From Mayamaea pseudoterrestris (taxonomy: Eukaryota), in NCBI GenBank assembly GCA_027923505.1, contig BROI01000005.1:310001-374000 (forward strand): 64,000 bases of DNA. Direction: 5' to 3'. The notes under the pieces were generated by a model. That model did not search any database, was not told the origin of the DNA, and worked only from the letters and a program-made list of their open reading frames with translations. How positions within the stretch are numbered: position 1 is the stretch's first letter; each line of letters begins with the position of its first letter. The translations under genes were made by a program, and so were the position numbers. Shown piece after piece: positions 58,250 to 64,000 of the stretch.

Positions 58250-59734
58250 ATGCTGAGCGCTCAGAGAGAAGTAGAGTCGAGCAATATAAGCCATACTGCC
58301 TTTCAATATGCTACCGAGAGCGATTCACCGTTGCAAACTGCAGCATTGCAACAGGCAATGACAACGACTGCAACATTGTACGCACCACAAACTACTAGCT
58401 CCAACGTTCAACTCTCTTGCTTGTATACAAAGCACAAGACGCAAAAGCGCAAAGTATGGCAGGATGGACGTCTTGTGCTGCATGGACAGCTTCGGGCTGT
58501 GTTGCACAATGCCAATCCAGCCGTCGGCTCGAGCGATCCTGTCATTGATCAGTGCGAATTGGCCTCACCGCAAATGCAGAGTCTGCAGCATTGCGGAGTT
58601 CAATTGGAAATGGAGAAGCATTTAGTGACAGTGGAAGGTCCTTGGAATGGTAGTCAGCAACATAGAATAATTGGGGCGCCTGTTGCAGCTGCACCGTTAC
58701 CATCCAGCGGCATGCTTAAAGTTCTTACGAAAAAGTATCAAGCTCCAGCAAAGAAGGCTCCGAATCCTCCAAATATGCAGGCGGCCGCGTCAGTTTTGGC
58801 TCGACGAAAGCGGCCGCTGCAGCCTGGAGAGTTGCAGCGACAATACTATGGAGTGGCTGCTACTGCTGCAAGTGAAATGCAAGGCGCTGGACAGCAGTAT
58901 TTGCAAATGCAAGTTCCGTATTCTCCTGCAACTACCTTGCCACCGCAGCAACATGAAGCTCAGCAGCCAGTCTATGCGCCTATGAAGTATACAATGCGAC
59001 CGCCTGCAGCGACTGCAAATCAGCCGCCATTAAACCAGTTTCAGCAGCAACAGCATTCATTTACTTTCAACCATGCACCTGCACAACACCATCAGTCCTC
59101 GACTCACAACACGCAGCAGCAAAGTACTCCTCCACCGCATTTGCCGCCAACTGCCCACCAGCAGCAGCAACAGCATCAAGCAGCGTCGTTTCAACCGCAG
59201 CAGCAGCCAGCTGCTCTGCACCAGCCGCCCATTGCTGCCAATCAAAGCACTCGTCAATCCGAACCAGCTCCCTTGCGCAAGAAACAAAAACCAAGCTTAA
59301 TAAGAAACAATGGATTTGATCCGCACTCATTTTACGATAAGGATGACAGTGACGACGAAGATGAACTTGGGTTTGATGTGAATCGTCCGCCGCAGCAGTT
59401 TGTCGTTCCTTCGCCTCGGCCGGTTCCGTTTCGGATTGAACACGGAACGGAGCATGCTGAAAACCCGGGGCCTTTTATTCAGCCAGAAGCATTTCGAATG
59501 AATCATGCATTGGAGCAAGATATTTCTGCGAATACGACCCAACCAAGTCTGTTTCAATCGAGTCACGAAGCGCCATCGCCGACGATTCGAAAGCCTCCAA
59601 CTGGTACAACAGATGGCACAACCATGACGGATTATGAATTGCTGGCGCTCTTTGGAGCAGCTCCACCAAAGCCGGCTGGAGAGTTTTCCTTGCCGGACCA
59701 AGATGACTCGTCGTCGAGCGATGAAGATTCCTAA
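58250..59734 (+). CDS. DUF2439 (ZGRF1/Mte1 N-terminal-like) protein with Gln/Pro-rich disordered tail
   Basis: CLYTKHKTQKRKVWQDGRL...LEMEKHLVTVE matches the DUF2439 pattern. Start at 58250 or 58358. Confidence 0.75.
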   Translation: MLSAQREVESSNISHTAFQYATESDSPLQTAALQQAMTTTATLYAPQTTSSNVQLSCLYTKHKTQKRKVWQDGRLVLHGQLRAVLHNANPAVGSSDPVIDQCELASPQMQSLQHCGVQLEMEKHLVTVEGPWNGSQQHRIIGAPVAAAPLPSSGMLKVLTKKYQAPAKKAPNPPNMQAAASVLARRKRPLQPGELQRQYYGVAATAASEMQGAGQQYLQMQVPYSPATTLPPQQHEAQQPVYAPMKYTMRPPAATANQPPLNQFQQQQHSFTFNHAPAQHHQSSTHNTQQQSTPPPHLPPTAHQQQQQHQAASFQPQQQPAALHQPPIAANQSTRQSEPAPLRKKQKPSLIRNNGFDPHSFYDKDDSDDEDELGFDVNRPPQQFVVPSPRPVPFRIEHGTEHAENPGPFIQPEAFRMNHALEQDISANTTQPSLFQSSHEAPSPTIRKPPTGTTDGTTMTDYELLALFGAAPPKPAGEFSLPDQDDSSSSDEDS

Positions 59735-60807
59735 CTAATGAACAGATATTTCGCGCATGAGCTGGATTCTATCTTTCTTTCTAGAGTCTATTCAATATAA
59801 ATTATTTTATGCAATAGAGAATCGTCCAAGGTTTCCTCCATTCAGGTAGCCATTATTGCGAAAAGCTACATCGAATTCACCCTGTGGAGGTAACTCGATA
59901 TAGCTGCATTAAGGACCAATCGACAAAGATAGCTGTCGAAGCTGCTGTCGCTGAATCTTTGAATATGGCGATTCCTGTAGTAGGTAGACTCGCCTGCAAT
60001 GTTCTCAGTTTGCATAATGTATATAGCATAACTCATTACAGTGTACATCGCGTCGTTAACAATTAAAGGCAGCGATCAAGAGACTGCATGACATCCCTGC
60101 CTTTCTGACAAGCTGTTGATTGTCGTTCGTCGCATAACGCATAAAGACTGCATTACTCTAGTGCAGACCCTCGACCCGGTACTGAACACGTTTTGGACTT
60201 AACGCCATGACCGACACAAACTTACGCCGTAGGATGGGGTGCAAAACGCACCATCTAGTTATTGCAACCATTTTTTTATTTACTACTGTATATGATAAAC
60301 TAATAGCCACCATCAAAACATTCTTTTATTGGTGAAATATGAGGCGTAAAGGCATTTTCATGGCAGATTGTGAGCCAGTCGATGAGCAGTCGATGAGCGG
60401 GCCACTGCAATTTGAGCCAGCCGAGCATTTCGAGGGTCCAGGGGTGAAATTCACCGCGATACATCGCGGTGCAGACCCTCAGACCCTCACGTGGCCTCTA
60501 CTTAAGCCTTCTTAAGTGGCACGTGAATAGATACCGTTACTCTTCATTACTATTCTCTGACTGACTCATAGTAACCTTTTACTCATCGCCAAAGCTTGAG
60601 GGCGTGAATTCGTCGAATCGAGAAACGTCGCTGACTTAATGAACTGCAGGCAATTTCTGGATATGACTCATTTTCCAGTCACACTTCGTGGTTTTGCATG
60701 ACATTTGCTGTTTCGTGGTGCGACAACAACGACGAAAAACGAAACGTCCGTTCTGCAAATGAAAATGTGAGGAGGCCAACCCAACACAACATGTTCCATG
60801 CCTTACC

Positions 60808-62865
60808 ATGACCAACACCTTTGAGGACGCATTTGGTCCATTATCACATCACTTGTTTCCTGATGGATGCCCAGACCAATCGCTAGCTGCTGTGTGGCCG
60901 CATCCGATGACAAGGACTCGACGAGCCACTCCGACCGTCACATCTAGCGCGCTCGCACTCGAATCCCTTGATCATTTGCGAATTTATGCGAAACAACATG
61001 GACTAACCAGCGATGAACTTTCAGCAGTGGCTTGGGTGTCACATCAAATGGCCACTGCAACGGATTTGGCGAGTGTTTTAGTGAAGAATGAGCACCACTT
61101 CAAGACAGTCGTCAGGTGCTTGCTGCCGAAGACGCAACGATCCTTTACACGCGCCGTAGTCAGTCGCCTACTTTCCATACACTTTACCAAAGGGCGAGTT
61201 GGGGTTTTGAGATTTCTGACGCTTGCCATACAAACTGGTGACTGGCTTGAACTAGACGCAATGATGTTATTGACGAACTCACAAGTGTACGCTGGTATAT
61301 TTCAATCAGCGCTGCAACCTGCTTGTTGCGCCGATGCTGTTTCGCTACTGCTTCGGTTGACTTGTGCAAAGCATGCCACGAAACGTTGTATCCGGCGTAT
61401 GGAGATTGCACTAGTGCGATACGCCGACAAAGTGAAGCCACTGACGCTTCTCCTGAGTTTGATGCAATGCCTCAACAATGACTCTACAAAGTACGTCGCA
61501 GCAACAAATGTGTCATTGTTAACGAATACTCCCGATAAACAATGGGTACAAGACTTTGCTACAAGAACCATTGCGCAAGAGCCATTACGAAAGAAGGTAC
61601 AGTCCACTTTAACAGATACACTAAGCAAACCTCTTGCTTATTCTGGACGATTGGTGGACTTATTGTCCAACCAAGATATTCAGCGGTCTATCCTGCTCTC
61701 CAAAACGGAACAACGCCGGCTACAAGCCATACTCGCTGAGGGCCTCCACGAAGAATGGTTCGTCGAGTCACTGGCGGATGAGGGTGGTGTGCTTTCAACG
61801 CAGAATCAATCACGTTTAGAGCTCCTTTCGGCTTTAAATTTATTTGTCGAAAGAACCGACTGGCTGCTTTCTGATGTTGAACAATTTGTGGTCAATACAG
61901 TTTTGTCAAATTGGGATGGAACTGAGTTGCCGTTTGGCAGTATTCTATGCAGAGGATTGATTCCTCGTCTACGGCCGTTCCAACCATGCGAGCTTCTTGA
62001 CTATGGCGCTTTGTATTTGTTGGCGCCACACTTTTTGTATGGAACAACTGCTCAGCGGACGATGGTTATGGCGGCGTTCATTGGAGTCGTAAATCGTTGG
62101 TCGCGACTAGCATTGATTGCTGTGGAGTCGGCGGACGAGGAAGGTGCTGGTTCAAATAAGATTGATGTTAATTTGGCTGAGACGATCGACAGCCTCATAA
62201 ACTACGTCGAGGACTTGTGTTTGACAGCGCTTCTGCTGGAAAAGCGTGAAAATGAAGGACTGCGAATGTTGATCCTGGACTTCTATGAGGCAGTGTTTGC
62301 GGCATGGGACACTCGCCCAAACATTTCGATGTCAAAAATCAATTTTGCGATAGTGCAGAGGCTCATTCTGTCCCCATCTGCCATTATTTTGGAGAGGTTT
62401 TGTCATCTGTTGACGAAAGTCGCCTTAAAGGAGTCTACCAGTTTTGTCATCGCTCAGGACGAGCAACACGTCGCAAATTCTTTTCCCTTTGATGCGGCCG
62501 TATCTCATGCCTTATGGCCGTCTGCAAACCAAAAGCCAACTTCTAGTTTATTTGATGAAGTAAGTGAAGAGACGCGACAAGCGATGAGTTTTGGCGTTGA
62601 CGAAGAAGTACCAAACGCTGTGAATATTGTTAATAGTGTGGCGTTTGCTGGCTATGCGCTCGGCTTTATAAAAGAAAGACCAGGTAACGGCCTGCCGAAC
62701 ACAAGTACATCAGTAATACTTGCAGATATGTGTGAGGGGAACCTGCCTGACTATCTTGAATATTTGCGACGACAAGGTTTCAGTGGGATTCCTTCTCTTT
62801 GGCACCATCACAACGGCAATTTACAGACGCTCGATCCGTCAGTCCGTCATACAGCGGCGTTATAA
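60808..62865 (+). CDS. Leu-rich helical protein, candidate centromere protein I (CENP-I/Mis6)
   Basis: 685-aa ORF. Segments CLLP, LRFL...VYAGIF...SLLLRLT...IRRM and LSNWDG resemble Mis6/CENP-I from memory. The ORF is confident; the identity is tentative. Confidence 0.5.
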   Translation: MTNTFEDAFGPLSHHLFPDGCPDQSLAAVWPHPMTRTRRATPTVTSSALALESLDHLRIYAKQHGLTSDELSAVAWVSHQMATATDLASVLVKNEHHFKTVVRCLLPKTQRSFTRAVVSRLLSIHFTKGRVGVLRFLTLAIQTGDWLELDAMMLLTNSQVYAGIFQSALQPACCADAVSLLLRLTCAKHATKRCIRRMEIALVRYADKVKPLTLLLSLMQCLNNDSTKYVAATNVSLLTNTPDKQWVQDFATRTIAQEPLRKKVQSTLTDTLSKPLAYSGRLVDLLSNQDIQRSILLSKTEQRRLQAILAEGLHEEWFVESLADEGGVLSTQNQSRLELLSALNLFVERTDWLLSDVEQFVVNTVLSNWDGTELPFGSILCRGLIPRLRPFQPCELLDYGALYLLAPHFLYGTTAQRTMVMAAFIGVVNRWSRLALIAVESADEEGAGSNKIDVNLAETIDSLINYVEDLCLTALLLEKRENEGLRMLILDFYEAVFAAWDTRPNISMSKINFAIVQRLILSPSAIILERFCHLLTKVALKESTSFVIAQDEQHVANSFPFDAAVSHALWPSANQKPTSSLFDEVSEETRQAMSFGVDEEVPNAVNIVNSVAFAGYALGFIKERPGNGLPNTSTSVILADMCEGNLPDYLEYLRRQGFSGIPSLWHHHNGNLQTLDPSVRHTAAL

Positions 62866-63132
62866 GAGGCTTTTAAGAAAGGTTACATTTGGCATAGTCT
62901 ACATGAGTATGTCTTGTCTAGGACATGAGAGAGATAGCTAAGCAGATGAATGCAATGCTGCCACGCGAATGAACAATGTCGCACCGGGTAAAAGCGCGAG
63001 TCGCATTCCAAAAAAATGCCGCGGCGTCGTCATCATGGCTGGGATGTGAAAGGATCCTTCATCCATCAAGCGCCCTTGTCTTTCATAGCTGCATCTTTAA
63101 CCGAACCTTCACAGTTGGCTGAGCTGAATATA

Positions 63133-64000
63133 ATGTTCCAGATGATTTGGATTCATCTGATTGTCCTTTCATGGCTGTCGATTGCGACTAATGCTTCGAG
63201 CAATCGTCATCATGACGCTGCGGCACCATCCGCGCCGAGCGCTGCAGATACTTCCTTGGCGCAAGGCACAATGCTGCAGATACAAGTCAAAATTCGACGC
63301 GACATACCATCAGATCCTGAAAATCAATATTATGTATCCATTGATCCTATCATTGAAGGAAATGATTCGCGATTAGATTCAGAAACGACAATGACGGCTG
63401 CTTCCTCAAGTGAATATACACTCGCCTTGAAATGGACTACATCTACCAGCAATTTACGCTCTTCTGCCGCTGATATAGCAGCTGTCTCATCTGGTCTGCC
63501 TAAAACCTCCGAGCTTCTATTGACTGGGAGTAATTCCGTCTCGCATTTGATTCCTTTTGAACAAGGAAAGAACAGCAAGTCGACCGACGTTGATGACAAT
63601 GATTCCATTTTAATTATCATCTCGCTATGCACACGACGGCGACGCCAAATGAATGAATCTTCCATGGCGTCTGGGCCGATCCAGTACACGGACTTGCGCA
63701 CCTTGAAGCGTCACATTAAAAGGCTGCCGAGAACCATGGCGGCTGCGCTCCGGCGTCGGCAAGATTTGCTCACCACTGTCGAGCTGGAATTTGAGGAGCG
63801 AGGACACCAAAGCGATCTAGCCGATGCTCCGCCTTTCGTCCATGATGCAGCGAGACCGCCACTAATCAAGTCAGCGACGCAACCAGTCTGGCGCGGCAAC
63901 CCAGATACTATCTGCACCGACGCTGGCAATATTTCATCCATTTGCACCGCAGGCCCATCTAGCACGTACTCTACCATGACGACAACAAAGTCTTTTAAAG
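63133..64000 (+). CDS. Partial ORF with predicted signal peptide, runs off the window end
   Basis: Translated by hand: MFQMIWIHLIVLSWLSIATNA-SSNRHHD..., with no stop to 64000. It is missing from the ORF track, probably because its stop lies outside the window. Confidence 0.7.
   Translation, partial: MFQMIWIHLIVLSWLSIATNASSNRHHDAAAPSAPSAADTSLAQGTMLQIQVKIRRDIPSDPENQYYVSIDPIIEGNDSRLDSETTMTAASSSEYTLALKWTTSTSNLRSSAADIAAVSSGLPKTSELLLTGSNSVSHLIPFEQGKNSKSTDVDDNDSILIIISLCTRRRRQMNESSMASGPIQYTDLRTLKRHIKRLPRTMAAALRRRQDLLTTVELEFEERGHQSDLADAPPFVHDAARPPLIKSATQPVWRGNPDTICTDAGNISSICTAGPSSTYSTMTTTKSFK

Overview
Gene-dense eukaryotic nuclear DNA from a diatom, most likely a pennate. The evidence is a frustulin, ASAF-type bipartite plastid presequences, RxL pro-peptide motifs and short GT-AG introns. 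The first 9.65 kb is a near-perfect 144-bp coding tandem array (about 67 copies of a 48-aa unit built from twelve xxPS tetrapeptides). It forms the stalk of a giant mucin-like membrane protein whose 5' end lies outside the window and which carries one +1 frameshift at about 3609. About 20 further genes follow: a plastid EamA/DMT transporter, a secreted RxL protein, LKR/SDH, a membrane RING protein, a large multidomain RRM protein, RPN11, a 2OG-Fe(II) oxygenase, a CRAL-TRIO protein, a DOMON-copper monooxygenase, XPC/Rad4, a PHYLLO fusion, initiator tRNA-Met, frustulin, DVR, a GT77-like transferase, SERRATE/ARS2, a possible TAF1A-like protein, a LarC-like nickel insertase, a DUF2439 protein, a CENP-I-like protein and a truncated secreted ORF. 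Three things stand out. (1) PHYLLO has the order MenF-MenD-MenH-MenC plus an extra C-terminal START/polyketide-cyclase domain. (2) A eukaryotic LarC-like gene encodes only the N-terminal half. (3) A PDZ/ankyrin/CCCH/2xRRM scaffold carries paired SILK and KVxF PP1-docking motifs. All calls come from motif recognition by eye; no database searches were run.
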